DNA of 58,643 bases, filler included, from Sphacelaria rigidula (GCA_964200075.2; 8 parts of 8 records of this genome joined end to end with filler, not necessarily neighbours in it), one strand, 5' to 3'; positions 10,401 through 23,450 are shown, numbered from the whole stretch's first letter. Notes: a model not told the origin generated them from the letters alone. Numbers and translations: made by a program.

Positions 10401-13093
10401 AAATGAAACGCTGGGTGATGGTTGTTTGCCGTCAAACGATCCTGAATAATTATTTGTTTTGTGCGGGACATGAGCCATTCCCTCTTTTTTTGTCATTGGG
10501 GTATGTCGGTATCTGTACTCTGTTGACCGCGTTGCCGACACAGAATGTTGTCATGTCAGCTGTTGATATTGATTGGCGTTTCATGATTGTTGTCGATGGG
10601 ATGAGTGGGCATCGTTTTCTTTTATCGAGAGAGAGTTACATGCCGGTTCAGAGGAGAAAAATGACCTAGGTGCATATCGTTTTATTATCGTACATGTCCA
10701 AGAAAGAAAGAAAAAAAAGAAATGAGAAGAAAAGAAAAAAAACGGACTGAGCTTATGTCTCGCATAATAGAAAAACTTCATTAGTTCCGATGAGTCTCGC
10801 AAGCCATCAATGTATCACTGTTTGGGCAATATTGTGCGCAGGAGAATACGCCTTGCCCTGGATGTGAGTCTGGTCGATCGTAGTGTCCGTTACGCTTCGT
10901 CGTATGAGCGATGTGGGGACTCACATACATGGTAAATGCTTGTCTCCTTGTAGCATGAAAAGGAAGGACATACGGTACATGAGGGGCCAGAAACAAAATG
11001 TGGCGTGGGTGTTGCATGTGGATGAGCAGTGCCGAATGCAGAGATTTGTTTTATGGGAACTATGACAATTGTTCCAGTCGCAGCGGCTGCAGTTATCTTG
11101 TGCATTGTATGTGAGATGTGTTTCGATGTGTGGGTTAACATTTCATGTTGATGAATTCCGCAAGTGTGCACCATGTAGATGCCATGCGTAGATTATACAT
11201 CAGGTCTGTAATGAGTTTCGTTTCATGCGAAAGTTGATCGTCGCCGCTGCCTGGAATATATATCCATTACCTCGCACAAAAACAAGGCGCACATCCGTTG
11301 AGTTCAGTCCGATCCAGCAACCAGTTAATTTGCATCTACCTCGGTAGTGTTCTAGTTTTGAAGCCCTCGGCACATTGTCCCAAATTCTACTGTGCATGGG
11401 CAGTTCTCATCATGCTGCCCTGTAATTTACGTGGAGTCTGAAGTTGTATCACTCACAGTTTGTCTTCTCAGCCGTGTGAGTGCTCAGATTTGTGGTTATT
11501 AATTACCAGCCTCCTGTGCAGATGCTGGTTTGATGTTCCTCAGGACGGTGTGATCGCTACGGGTACATGTCTTGTGCTATAGTCCGTACTGTACGGATCA
11601 TCTGTATTCAGTAGTACAGAGGTGTACGGGTAATAGATACGGGTACTACGGTGCCGGTGCCGGTGGGACAGGATGAGGTGTTGATCCCACCGCCGCTGGT
11701 CAAGGGTAGTTGCTTGCCTTCGTTTGCAAGGGTGATGTGCTATGCGAGTACGTCCAAATCATGTGGGATAACTGGTGTACGTCTACCATGCAAGAAAGCC
11801 AACAACAACAAAAAAGCGATCGTGTTGCCCCTCCGACGAACGTAAATCTGCGGACCCTTTAGGGCAGTTTGCTAAGACGTTGAAGGGCAAAACTCTGGCA
11901 CTGTGCCTACACATTGTCCTGCTATGTGGCAGACAGCTGCTACCACCAATCACGGAAGATACAGCAGCTCCGTGCTGGGCCAATCCGTTTGCCTAAACCT
12001 GCATGCACCTGCCTTGCGCGTCTTCTGCGGTATTATAGTTACTGCAGACCGAACAGACAGCTGCACACTCGTCACCTGATTGTTTGAAACTTGTTTCTGC
12101 AGCATTTTGACCCCACCCCGATTCTGTGGGGACGGAAACAGAGCATGCAGCAGTACAACTGCTCACGCACTCTTCAGCTCACATCGCACCGAGGTCGCCG
12201 TAGAGAGTTTAGATGCACTACAGCCCGGCAGTAACTACCGCATTAAAATAATAGGGTCGGGAAGCGCCTTGCTTGATCACTCAATACGCAACAGCCATCA
12301 CCCGCTGAAGGTTTGAACATTTGAACAGATGGTAAACGGCACTGCGTGCCTTGTGATATTTCTCATAGAGACGAATACAGTGACAAAAATAAAACCACTC
12401 ATATTTCGCCTTAGCGGAGGTAACTTATGCTGAGTGATTGCGTTTGTCTCTCCTGCTCTCTCGGAAATTGGGCACCATGTCACACAAGCAAAGTTATGCA
12501 TTGGTTAGGCGTGCAAGGTAGCCTAGTCGAAGGGTCCTTTGTCCATGCAAGGCATCCTAGAACCCCGTATGATAGTTTACAACGGCTACAGTAATAATGC
12601 AAACTCTCAACATCACGCCGAGACCACGCATACCTCTTGCCTGTCGAGTCGATCAGCTTAACAGGAGGGCGGCACGCAATGAACATTGCGTGTAGCATGT
12701 AGATTATCCTTGGTGAAGGGTGGGTGGTGTCGCGTTCAGTGTTTAGCAGTGTTGGAGTGCAGTTCAGTTATAGTGAGACGATATGTCATATTTGCCCTCG
12801 GATTGGCATGGTTTTGGTCTTTCTTTCTTTCTGACCTCGTGTGCGCTCGCGGGTATATAACGTGTCTTTATCTTTCATAACCCGTCATTGGTCTGAAGAA
12901 CGGTTGGGTAGAACCGTAATCACATCACCCTGTAGCCTTCTATTCAGGGTCATCATCCACCCTGTAACATCCCCCCTCAAACGATTTGCCAGGTGTTTTA
13001 CCAGGTATAACCTATCGAGTTGACATGAAAGGAGTAACCCCATACACACTCCTCTGTGGCTTTCCATCGAGAAAGTACGGGATAGAGGCTTGT

Positions 13094-13155
13094 TTTGGCT
13101 GCACTTAGATTCGGCTACACCTAGATTCGGCTGCTACCTGTTTCGGCTGCACGCT
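13094..13155. repeat. Short tandem repeat, ~16-bp unit x4 (TTCGGCTGCACCTAGA-like)
   Basis: Four degenerate consecutive copies. Confidence 0.7.
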
Positions 13156-13751
13156 TGGGATCGGGTAACTTTCTCATCTCCTACTGTATTTCCGAGCTTC
13201 GGTAAAAGTTTCACCCTTAATCATCCTGCATGGGGTTCTTCACCTGTAACTCACTCACTCGGCGGGGTAGCGCGTTTGGTGACATGGCTTCTGCTACCTA
13301 GAGTTTGCAACCCGTTGTCGGTATGTACCAGATACCACTCACTCTAAACTGCTAATTTTACGCAATTCCCCCCTGCTGAATTCCAACCACTCGTCATTCG
13401 AGTACCTCACGCGCTCGTATCGATCAAAGTAATCATATAGCTCACCTATCTCTACTCTATCGCCGACGTTCCCGGGACTTGTCTTATGATGCTTGCCCTC
13501 CGTCTCTGTCGGGCCTTTGCCTGTTTCCCTGTTTGACTTTTAGGACTACCTCAACCTGGGCTGGTTCACGTTTTAATAATTGTTTCACGGAATTCTCTAG
13601 ACCTAACGCGGTGTCAGTGCCGCTCATTTGTCGTCCAAGAGTGTCTAGGGCAGCCGAGAGGGTACGGTTAAAGAGGTTTTGAAATGGGGGCGTGTTGGAA
13701 GGGGCGGATGAATCTAGGAGTGTACGTTTGGTCCAACACGTTGGGTCTACG

Positions 13752-14586
13752 TACACCAATGTTTTCGTGAGATTGAGAGTAGATGATCCGATTGAGAGTA
13801 GGCTTTGGATAGCTGTCAGCGGCGGAGAGTCTCTACATCATTAATGGACAAAACGCTTACCTCGCACATTGGTGCAATATCCTGCCGGTAAGTCCAACAG
13901 TGTTTCCGTGAAATCGAGCGTTGAAAGTATGATCGAGAGTGAAGTTTTCTTCATAACTGTCTCGCTGCGCCGGTTCCGATGATGAGACGAAAAGTTTACC
14001 AGGTGTAGCATGTTGGCAACATTCACGCCACCCGTTGCTTGAATGGAATGGCAGAATAATGTTGGGCAATGTTGAGCGCTAACCCACGGGCGCGCATTTG
14101 TGGAAGAATGCACCGTTCAAGAGGTCTCCAGAGTAGGGAGTCGTGCGGTTCGAGTATAAGATACGATTTACCTAGGTTGTGCCCGAATTCATTCGCAATT
14201 GCGGTTGACACCACCATTCGTGTGGACTAGGTGCTCGTGGATATCTTGAAATCACGTTTCTGTTCAAAAATTTCGCCGCGGTCTCCATCGTTGTTTTTGA
14301 AAGCGCAAGTCATCGCGGGTGATGTGACTGCTGATATCCCGCCTTTTCGTGCCGAGAAAAGTCGCGAAACGTGGTGGGACCCTGGATTTTCTGTTCCACC
14401 ATCTCACCCCCGATGGCAGCGGATCATGACAAATTCTCTTGCACGAAGCCAATGAAGCGCCTCCCGTCTATGAGCTGCAGCAAATCGATTTTGCCAGTGA
14501 CTCTCGCCAACCGCATCAGATTTCCGAAAATGCACTCGAAACATGAGCCGACGGAATCATCAAGAATAGCTCATGACCCATCAACA
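13752..14586 (-). mobile_element. Right end of a longer member of the same TIR family, running off the contig
   Basis: TA-CACCAATGTTTTCGTGAGATTGAGAGTAG plus a second GATTGAGAGT copy matches the reverse complement of ~25941-25996; no partner TIR before the gap. Confidence 0.65.
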
Positions 14587-14686
14587 NNNNNNNNNNNNNN
14601 NNNNNNNNNNNNNNNNNNNNNNNNNNNNNNTTAATTAATTAANNNNNNNNNNNNNNNNNNNNNNNNNNNNNNNNNNNNNNNNNNNN
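14587..14686. other. Artificial contig linker
   Basis: N44-TTAATTAATTAA-N44. Confidence 0.99.
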
Positions 14687-14794
14687 TTTCTATGAGTCGA
14701 CATCTACAGTCTTTGCTCAGTCTTTGCACTGAACGCTTGACCCCTTCTCTCCTTCCCCCCCCCCCCCACTTCTCCGCTACGCCGTGGACATCAG

Positions 14795-15028
14795 CTGTGA
14801 TGGTGCTGTCTCGCCTCTTTCTGCGTGCGCGCTACACCTCCAAGCACTTGGCCGGTGTAGGCCTGTGTCTCATGGGCCTGGCCCTCACCGTGATGTCCGA
14901 TTTGTTCAAGAAAAAGGCTGAAGACGGTCACCCTCACGCCGTCAAAGGCGACTTGATATGCATCCTGGGCGCGGCTCTGTACGGGGCGTCGAATGTCATG
15001 CAGGAGAACTTCGTCAAAAACCATGATC

Positions 15029-15030
<2 letters not shown>
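14795..15030 (+). CDS. SLC35F: SLC35F1/F2-family (DUF914) solute carrier, internal exon A
   Basis: AG/GT bounded; VMVLSRLFLRARY..GVGLCLMGLALTVMSD..KGDLICILGAALYGASNVMQENFVK matches SLC35F motifs. Confidence 0.92.

Positions 15031-15061
<31 letters not shown>
15031..15061. repeat. (GT)n microsatellite starting at the splice donor
   Basis: About 15 GT units directly after exon A. Confidence 0.95.
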
Positions 15062-15062
<1 letters not shown>

Positions 15063-16411
15063 CTTTGTCTCACTGTGTGTACACCATCTCTGTGTAGCGT
15101 GTTTTACGAAACACAGTTGCTGTGTAATAAGTTTTGGCGAGCAGCGCAGTGATCCCAGCGCCGTTTTCGAGTGCTCTCGGGACGCCTTGTGGTTCTCAGT
15201 GGCTCGGTGGCTCATAACCCTATAATACTCGCACAACGGTGCTGCGTTCGACCCAAATCCGAGGTATGTTTGCGCGAACTGGTCGATAATTCTCGTTATT
15301 GGACTCGCCTTCCTTTATCAAAATCTAAACTCCAAATCCAGAGTCGAATTATTTTCCTTTTTTTCTTCTTTTAGGGCGACCATTTCTTTCTGTGCTTTGC
15401 TTGTGTTGACTTCTCCATTACTTTTTTTTGTTGTCACGACTTAGTCGGCTATGTCGTTCTGTGTGACCCCTTTTCTTTTTTCTGAGAGCGTGTTTCAGTT
15501 TCGTTTTTTTTGGGTACGTCCATCACGAGACCACGGCTGGACCCCTGGGGGGTCAGTTAAAGTGCGACAGTCAAATCAAATAAAAAATCAAAGCTATTCG
15601 AATCTGTGTCACACCAGTGGGTGATTGCCGTGACCATTGCACGTCCACATCGAAACTGGAGCAACATTTTCCACTCCACGCTCGTGTAAATCTTCTTGTC
15701 CCGTGATGCAACGAACGATTTCACTCATGAGTTATCAATTATGCCATTCAAGCCTTTGACTGCGAACCCCACCCAGCTTGCCCCAAGTCGCCCATGGTTA
15801 ATTTCGGCATCGTACATGTTGTTTCGCAAATGGCGCAGGGTGTCTGTCTAGATGACACGTGTGGATGTTGAGCGTTCGTCTGGAAACGAGCGCAGGAGAA
15901 ACCCTGACCGTTTGCCGGGTCATACGTGCAATTTTTGGCTGAGTAGGCAGTACCTTCTAACAAGCGCAAGGAAGTTGTGAACGCTGTATCGCCGCTGCTG
16001 CGATGTACGCAGAAAAACACCCTCCCTACCTTGAGTCACAGCATCCGTGGTACTTTCAAGCTCTTGCTGTTGCTGTCCTGTGGCACGTCCTGCATATTCT
16101 GATGTTGTTGATGTTGCACCGCATGGTCTACTTCACCTTAGACTACCACCGCGCTGCTGCTGTTGTACAGTGCAAATAGATGACTTCCACCGGTGGCTAG
16201 ACGCGAGGAGTTATACAGTACAGTGCCCTTGACGTCCGCTGTGCACACATGGGGTATACACTACTTGTATCGCTGCTTCGTGACCATGCACTTACAGCAT
16301 AAGACGCGTTAGGCCTGTGGCAAAGACGTCGCAGAGAGCAAAATGCGGCCTTTTTTTTGCATGTGTGTGCTTCTATGGTTGAGTGGTGGGTGGTCACATG
16401 GTCAGATCCGG

Positions 16412-16735
16412 CTTGACCGCCAGGCGGGCGATATTGGGCGATTTGTAGCGAAACAAAGTGGATCATTCCACCAATCAAAACGATCAAAATGATCATTCCA
16501 TGTCCCTTGGCACTTTTGCCCAATCCACACCTTTTTTTTGAACTCCCATGGTTGATCTGGAAAGCTTTCTCTGAAGAACGGGGGACTTGCACGCCCCTCC
16601 TTCAAGAACATGAAATCCCTGGGCTGTCAGCCGGTGATATTTTGCCCGAAATGATGCCGAATCTTGAACTCGTTTTTCAAGTGAAAATGACGCCGATTCA
16701 ACAAATGGCCCACCCTCGCGGCCTGACGGTAAAAG
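16412..16735. mobile_element. Possible intronic MITE (~325 bp) with imperfect ~20-bp TIRs
   Basis: CTTGACCGCCAGGCGGGCGA vs reverse complement of 16716-16735, CTTTTACCGTCAGGCCGCGA; no clear TSD. Confidence 0.4.
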
Positions 16736-17895
16736 GAATGAAGGGAAAAGAAAGAGACATGAATCAATATATATATCTCGAACACATGAGTTGTTCGTTG
16801 GTGTATATTTTTCGTGAGACAGACAGGCATCAAGTGGGTACCTCCTGGGGCCTTGCGACGAAACAACACATGGTGATGCTGCACTTTGGCAGGGGAGGTT
16901 GCGAAATAAGAGACAAGGGAGGAATTTCAGTTTAGAGTGCGGTCAAAAGATCACATCCGTGGGCTGTATGACTTGAAGTCACACGAGACACGCGATGAAA
17001 TTGTGCTCCCGACGAATGCAGCAATTCCACCGTGCAGTACTCGTGTTGTAGTCGAGCTCGTGACAGACAGCACCACAAGAATCTGAGTGTATGTATGTCA
17101 TAACATCGCTCGAAATTGCACAAGGTTGTACACGAATTAGGTGCTGCTGCAGCCTGCTAGGTTCGGCAGGCCGAGTGAAGCTTGATGTATGGTTGGATTC
17201 AATTTGCTAGCGAGCACGTGTCTTGCGCCTTGCCGGCCCGTTTTTTCGATCGCTCGCGCATGTGTAGTGTGCAGCGCGCAGTGGTTCAGCCGATCCGGGC
17301 GAGGCCATGCACGAAGCCACGCTTCAACGCAAGCGGAATATATGCTCTCATTTTGTCTGAGAAAACAATAAAGTGGTTCCACGCACTCATGCCATACTCG
17401 GATATCCTGTCTACTTTGTTGATTGAAGCACCGATTCATTGATGGGTTGATCGGCTGGTTGTAGCGCACTACTTGAACCAATCCGCTAGGAATCCCGTCG
17501 TGGTGGCAAGATGAGTGTGGGCGGCGTATTTAATCAGGAAAATTCGATGAAGGAAACTCGAGCGAAGGGGACATATGATGTTGAAGGAAAATAGAACAAA
17601 GTGAGCTGCAAACGTAAGAAGTGTGTCAAACGCCAGACTGATGCCTACTCTAGTACCCGCGGTCTCAGTAGAAGAAACACAGGGGGGCTGGATAAAAGCG
17701 AAGCAAAAGCATAAAGATAATGCTTTGTTGTAATCCATGACTTCACGACACAGTGTGTACCCCGCCCACATGTGCTTACAGTAGTCATGCAACAGCTTGC
17801 CTCTGAAGTTGTCACATTTTTGACCTGGCGGCGTCCCCGTTTGTTTCGGCATGCCGCGGATGTGGGTGCGCGTGATTTGATTTTCATACGTCAAG

Positions 17896-18032
17896 GTGGA
17901 GTTCTTAGGCATGGCAGGCGCTTTCGGTGTCGTAATCTCGGGCGTCCAGACGGCTGCGTTGGAATGGAACACACTGTCCGAAGTGACGTGGACCAACGAA
18001 GTGGTTCTGTTCATCATTGGCTACTCCTTCAG
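17896..18032 (+). CDS. SLC35F: SLC35F-family carrier, exon B
   Basis: AG|VEFLGMAGAFGVVISGVQTAALEWNTLSEVTWTNEVVLFIIGYSF|GT; phase 0 in, phase 2 out, consistent with the neighbouring exons. Not shown in the ORF track. Confidence 0.92.
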
Positions 18033-18631
18033 GTGATGCTATTGTGAACTTATACTCTGAAGTAGGAGGTTTTTGAGTCTAGCGGTTGCTATGAGCGTAG
18101 CATGCGAGCTGTGTTTCTGCATGTGTACGATGTGGATGCTCACAGGATGTGCCGGAGTTTATTCTGGCCAAGAGTAGCTCTAGGCTTTGTGGCAGGACTG
18201 TCCATTCAACCGTGTCACGGGCAGAATTACCATCGGATGATCTTTGAGCGGGCTCTTTTTGAGTGGGCACCGACTCGATACGAGGGCACAGCCAACGGCG
18301 TGCTGGCAGGCTACGGCTCGCAAAAGCTTCGGTACCGATCTGTAGCTTTGATTTTTTCCTGGTTGCTCATTTTGCTAGTTTTGCTTTTCGGTTCGTAGCT
18401 GCTTCTGCTCCGTAAGGAGGCGTGAGGGGTGTTGATCATTTTCGGCTCTGTTTTCCCCAGGGAGGTTTTGTGACCGTTGTCTCCGCCGACTTGAGAACAT
18501 GGCACGGATGTCCGATGGTTGATTCTCGGCGCTTGTGCTTAAGCGTCGCCGTTTTTTCTGATTTTTTCTCGGATCCCCCGTATCCCCGTCCTTTCTGCTC
18601 CTATTGCTCGCGCTGGTTCTGCCATCAACAC

Positions 18632-18694
18632 CATCGTCATCGTCATCATCATCATCGTCATCATCATAATCATCATCATCATCATCATCATCAT
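18632..18694. repeat. (CAT/CGT)n microsatellite; (CAA)n follows at ~18740-18758
   Basis: Trinucleotide runs in the intron upstream of exon C. Confidence 0.95.
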
Positions 18695-18765
18695 GGCTCT
18701 CGTGAATGCGTGCCTCGGTCACAACGGGAAATCGGCCCCACAACAACAACAACAACAAACCCCAG

Positions 18766-19068
18766 TTTGTTTGTACTCTACTGCTGGACCTCCCTCTTCC
18801 TACAAGCCGGGGACGCCGCGCTGTTCAACCTATCCCTGCTCACGGCGGACTTATACGCCTTCATTTTCGCCCTAGAGGTGGAAAACACCTCCACCAGCTT
18901 TCTGTTTTTCATCGCGGCTGCTATCATCTTTGCCGGAGTCATCGTCTACCACTCGCAGCCGCCGACCACTCTCTCGACGGCCGAGCTAGCTCAACTTCCC
19001 AGCAGGCATGATTTGCCAGGAAGCGGTAGGGGAGGTGCCGGGGTGGAATGCTCCGCAGCCATACGCGG
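18766..19068 (+). CDS. SLC35F: SLC35F-family carrier, exon C
   Basis: CAG acceptor, phase 2; LFVLYCWTSLFLQAGDAALFNLSLLTADLYAF..FFIAAAIIFAGVIVY (NLSLLT-D motif). GTGAGG donor at 19069; alternatively the gene stops at 19072. Confidence 0.9.
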
Positions 19069-19913
19069 GTGAGGTAATTAGCGTACGCACATAACAATGT
19101 ACACGAGGGAGTCAGGACAGAGGTTCGACTAAAATAGAGGCTGCTGTTGAGGGGTCGGCCGATAGAGATGCTATGTGTGTGAATACTATCAACCGAAGCG
19201 ACAGAAGAACGAAGGAAGCATGTCGCAACCCGGTCGGCCTCCCCGCCGTATCATATCTAGGCATGTGAGTTTCGTTGCCAGAAGATTGCACACCCTGGAC
19301 AAATGTGGTCAATAGATGCAATAGACGAGAAGTGTACTGAATAAAGTATAGGCCTATCGCAACTTTCGCCGGCCGACAATGGTCGCAATAGGCCTATACT
19401 TTATGCGGTACGTTTCTTGTCTATTGCAACTATTGACCATATATTGTCCAAGGTGTGGAAGATTTGGAGATGAGAGGCCCCTCGAGAAAATTTTACCCCC
19501 AAGCAGGCATAACCCCCGAAAACAATGGTATCGGGATACGCTCACAATCCCCACCCTCTGAGGCATGTCTCCTTCCATGCCCGGGTGAGAACGCCTCGTT
19601 ATTCACAGACGTCTACGGTTGCGGAAGGATGACAGGAAAAACACTATATTCAACCATCAAAGACGCACATACAATGCAGGCACCCCGATGTGGTGAGCAA
19701 CAATAGCACGATCGGGGTGAAGCATGTCTACAACGACGTTGATGCGTACCAATTGTTGATATGTATTTTGAAAACCTGCATAAAAAATCGTCAACCGAAA
19801 TCCGCCAGTGCCAGTGTTGGGTCTCTTCAGTCCCGCAAGTGTTGGCGATGCTCGCATGAAGATCCTCAGTCGTGCCCTCGCCGAAATTCAACCCCGGCGG
19901 CTTTATCTCGCAG

Positions 19914-20061
19914 GTTCCAGCTCAGCAGCTTTGTCGAGCTCCACGATGATGCCAGCGATGGGCTTAGCCTGACAAGCACGAGTTATGGGAGCGAGTATGG
20001 GTCGGATCTGGCGCCGGGGAGTGTATCCTCGTCCCCTAAGGTCATGATGAATCTTCTGTAG
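19914..20061 (+). CDS. SLC35F: Probable terminal exon of the SLC35F gene (Ser-rich tail)
   Basis: TCTCGCAG acceptor, phase-2 compatible with the exon C donor; FQLSSFVELHDDASDG...MMNLL*. No conserved motif. Confidence 0.55.
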
Positions 20062-21929
20062 GGCAGGGCAGAGATAGGGAAGGGGGGAGGGGAGGTGGCG
20101 ATCTTGGATCATGATCTTGTGCGTTCAAAGTTTGCGGGGGTGTACGTACTCGTCAGTTACAGAAAATAAGGTACTGTACGGCGGGGGGTTTCATTTCCAG
20201 GCGGTGTGTGGTGAAGTCAAAAACTGACCCCATTTTAAACGGGGACTCAGCCTTGCAGTGGGTTGGACTTTGCGTACCGGAGGAAGAAGGATGCAAGCCG
20301 ATCCCCACCTAACTCAAGTTGGGGACACCGGTATACGTGCACTCTGTCTAGGAAGAGGTCATTTGTGGCCAGATGTGCTCGGGGTGGGGCATGGGGGGAG
20401 ACAGTCGAGGTATTTATGTGCCTCCCGACGCTTGCTTACTAGAGCTTGGTGATCGCTTAGATAATATTGCGCAAAGGGTTTTGAGGAAAAAGGGAAGGTA
20501 CTCAACGCATAAAATCTGAGAGTGACGACCAATGTTCGCACATGCGTTGCGACACGAAGTGTGTTGAGTGTGGTGGTTCTCTCTGGTTTGAAAATATTTC
20601 GACGTGCATGGTGTGTGGTTATTTACAACAGTACCGTTCGTGCCCTGTGGTGGTGTGTTGACAAAAGTTGAGATCTTTATCCGAAAGGGAGTGAGTACAA
20701 AGTTCGGGAAGAGGGGTATGTGCAAACGTGTGAAAGGAACAGGTGCATTAAGGCGACGCGTTTTGGCTAGTCGCATTTTTTGGGCTTTCTGATTGGCCGA
20801 GACGAGGACGAACTCGCTTGCGAAACTCGCGTGCGGGGTAAGTGTCTAGTCGGGTTTCCTCCTTCCGTCAAGGATAAAAGAGAAGGAAAAAAAAATGGAG
20901 GACGTTGTGCCCGCAGTGGGATGGATCATGGTCAATCAGGGCATTGGAATCTTGCAATTATTCGAGAAGTGAAAGCGTGCTGTATGGGTACGGGGAGCTG
21001 GGGATCCTCTTCGTACGGGGTGCTCGCTGCATCCGACCTGAGTTTTCGCTTGAAGCCCTTGTTTCAGTGTTGCAGTGGGTGATGTCAGCGTTGTTATTGG
21101 TGCGTGGAGGTGTCTAGCATACCCTAGTAATTATTGAGTTTTTGTTTCTCTTGTTGTGTGCTTCAACCTTGATAAACGATGCGTGATGGCGATGCCTTAA
21201 AAATAGTGTGTACCCGGTGCTGTGTCGTTTTTTTTCTTGTAATGTTCTCCTTTCTTATGCGGTGTGTGTGCTCTGAGAAGAGAAACGGGGGTTGAGGGGG
21301 GGTGAGAGTTTATTTTTTTGGAACCTCTGTTGGGAACCGACGGGGAGCGGTTGATTTTTGTTGACCCTTTGGTCGCTTCGTCGGCTCGAATTCCGATTCT
21401 TTTTATTTTATTTGGTCCTGCTTTTTTTGGGGTATAGAAAGACAGACAAGTGCAGTGGTGTAGTGCCTGGTGGTACGTCCAAAATAAATGTGTGTACATG
21501 CGGGGGCATAGAATCACGATTTCGCACACAGCACACTCAGAGTCCTCCTCCAATCATGGTGCACGATGCGCAGAAAGTAAAGTTGCAGTCAGTTTGCGAT
21601 TGGCCCAGAAAACACTCGGGAAATCTGATCGACCATTTCACTTTCTGCGTAATGCAGCGGTGTAGTGCACAGAAATCGCCAGTGCAGGGGCTCATACAAA
21701 AAGATCCTGAAATTGTGCCAAGTAGTGTATATCGTACATCGCACGGAGCTGTGTTTGGAGTATCGGCTCATGATTTGCTCACGATTTGCACGCGGCGAGG
21801 GGAGACTGGGTGGGAGGAGGGAAGGGAGGGAGGACGGGGGGGGGGGGGGGGGGTTTCACGGGGGGCCATGTTTTGCCTTCACATGCATACGGTACTCCGG
21901 ATTCGACTCTGTCATGAATGAGGCGGGGG

Positions 21930-22029
21930 NNNNNNNNNNNNNNNNNNNNNNNNNNNNNNNNNNNNNNNNNNNNTTAATTAATTAANNNNNNNNNNNNNNN
22001 NNNNNNNNNNNNNNNNNNNNNNNNNNNNN
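21930..22029. other. Artificial contig linker
   Basis: N44-TTAATTAATTAA-N44. Confidence 0.99.
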
Positions 22030-22097
22030 CCCAACTCGTCTGTGTCGATGAGATATTGCTTTTAGAGCTTAAATCCGTTTTAGGCTGGCCCAGCTCG

Positions 22098-22665
22098 TAG
22101 TTCCCCAGCGTTTTTGGCGAAACGGTATATTCGACATAATTTAACTCGTCACCAACATGTCTGTGCAACCTGAAAGTAGGTTCATTCGAAAGCCCTGATC
22201 CGTAGCTTTGGAACTGTATGCATTTTGTTGGGTAAATACCCTGGCTCCATAGAGAAATTAATCAAGTGGCCTGTGGGCGGGCCCGTGAAAATTACCACTT
22301 TGCTCCGGATATTCGTTTTTGCTTCTTGCTTAATTTCGACCTGGAGCCAGGCATAACCGGGTTCAGAACCAGGTGATCTAGAAACAGTTTTTTGCGACGA
22401 TTCTAAATATATATATATATTTCACAGAGGTGGTGGGGGCCCGGCAAATCGACATTTATTTACTAGTTCCCCCGCGTTTTTGGGGAAACGGTAAATTCGA
22501 CATAACTCGTCACCAACATGTCTGTGCAACCTGAAAGTAGGTTCATTCGAAAGCTCTGATCCGCAGCTTTCGAATGGTATGCACTTTGTTGGGTAAATAC
22601 CTGTACCCTGGCTCCATAGAGAAATTAATCAAGTGGCCTGTGGGCGGGTCCGGGAAAATTACCAC
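22098..22665. repeat. Direct duplication of ~200 bp (22098-22298 and 22464-22665)
   Basis: Near-identical copies, e.g. AACTCGTCACCAACATGTCTGTGCAACCTGAAAGTAGGTTCATTCGAAAGC occurs in both. Confidence 0.9.
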
Positions 22666-23079
22666 CAAAGGCTTGAAACATGCGACTCCTAACTACTTGG
22701 TTTTAGTATCAAACGTCTTTTGTGGTGAATTTTACCTCAAGGCAACCAAAACTGTGTGAGGTTTTCGAGTTTCTCCACCAAAAATTGTACATGTGTTCCT
22801 CTGACTATCCCGGCACGCATCATTCCATCATTTTTCTATTAGGGCATCCTGTACCGCCTTCCGGGGGTCCCAGTATGAAGACCCCCGGAAGGCGGTAGAG
22901 AACGGAGGCACCATGAAATATTGTCAAGAATACAATTTTTCCATCTGAAGCATCAATACCAACGGAACTGCCAAGTTTGAGGGCGATCTGAGCTTTTCTA
23001 CAACAGATATAAGGGACACCGTCACGAGGCTCCCTGGGTCTTTCGCGCGTATCATGAGTGGAAATTAGACGACGCAATC

Positions 23080-23450
23080 ACCCGACATCACCGAAACATC
23101 ACGGTTTCGGTATAATTCAACCCCCGCAGTAACCGTTTTGAAATATATTGTGTTAGTTGGATTCCCGAGCCGATGACGGTTACTACCATTTGAAGCATGT
23201 GGAGATTGGGTGAAAACTGGGCTTGGAGTTCGTAATTTCGTTCTCGGGACAATTTGACGGGCGCTGATCGGTCGATATACCTTTCCGCCCTTAGTGCTAC
23301 CACTATGGCTTTACACACAAATCCGGCTATGTCATACTCTTCAGTTGTCCATGGCGGTCAGTATGATATCATGAAAGCGACTATTGGGTAGCTATTGCGA
23401 AAGGCTTTTGCTGATGACACAATTTTGGGTGATAAGCATGAACCAGCCTG
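23080..23450 (+). repeat. Dispersed repeat, diverged copy of 46740-47085
   Basis: Colinear blocks ACATCACCGAAA..CACGGTT, AGTAACCGTTTT, CGGTTACTAC..TGAAGCATGTG, CTCTTCAG(T/C)TGTCCATGGC occur in two different contigs. Confidence 0.8.

Noticed and set aside
11780-13750. Possible decayed gag/protease on the minus strand (e.g. VIKQGAS near 12270)
   Set aside because: No complete motif can be rebuilt by eye; a frameshift-aware search is needed.
18375-18758. Poly-His and poly-Asp ORFs (also poly-Arg/Leu ORFs at 31411-32093)
   Set aside because: These are translations of intronic or intergenic microsatellites.
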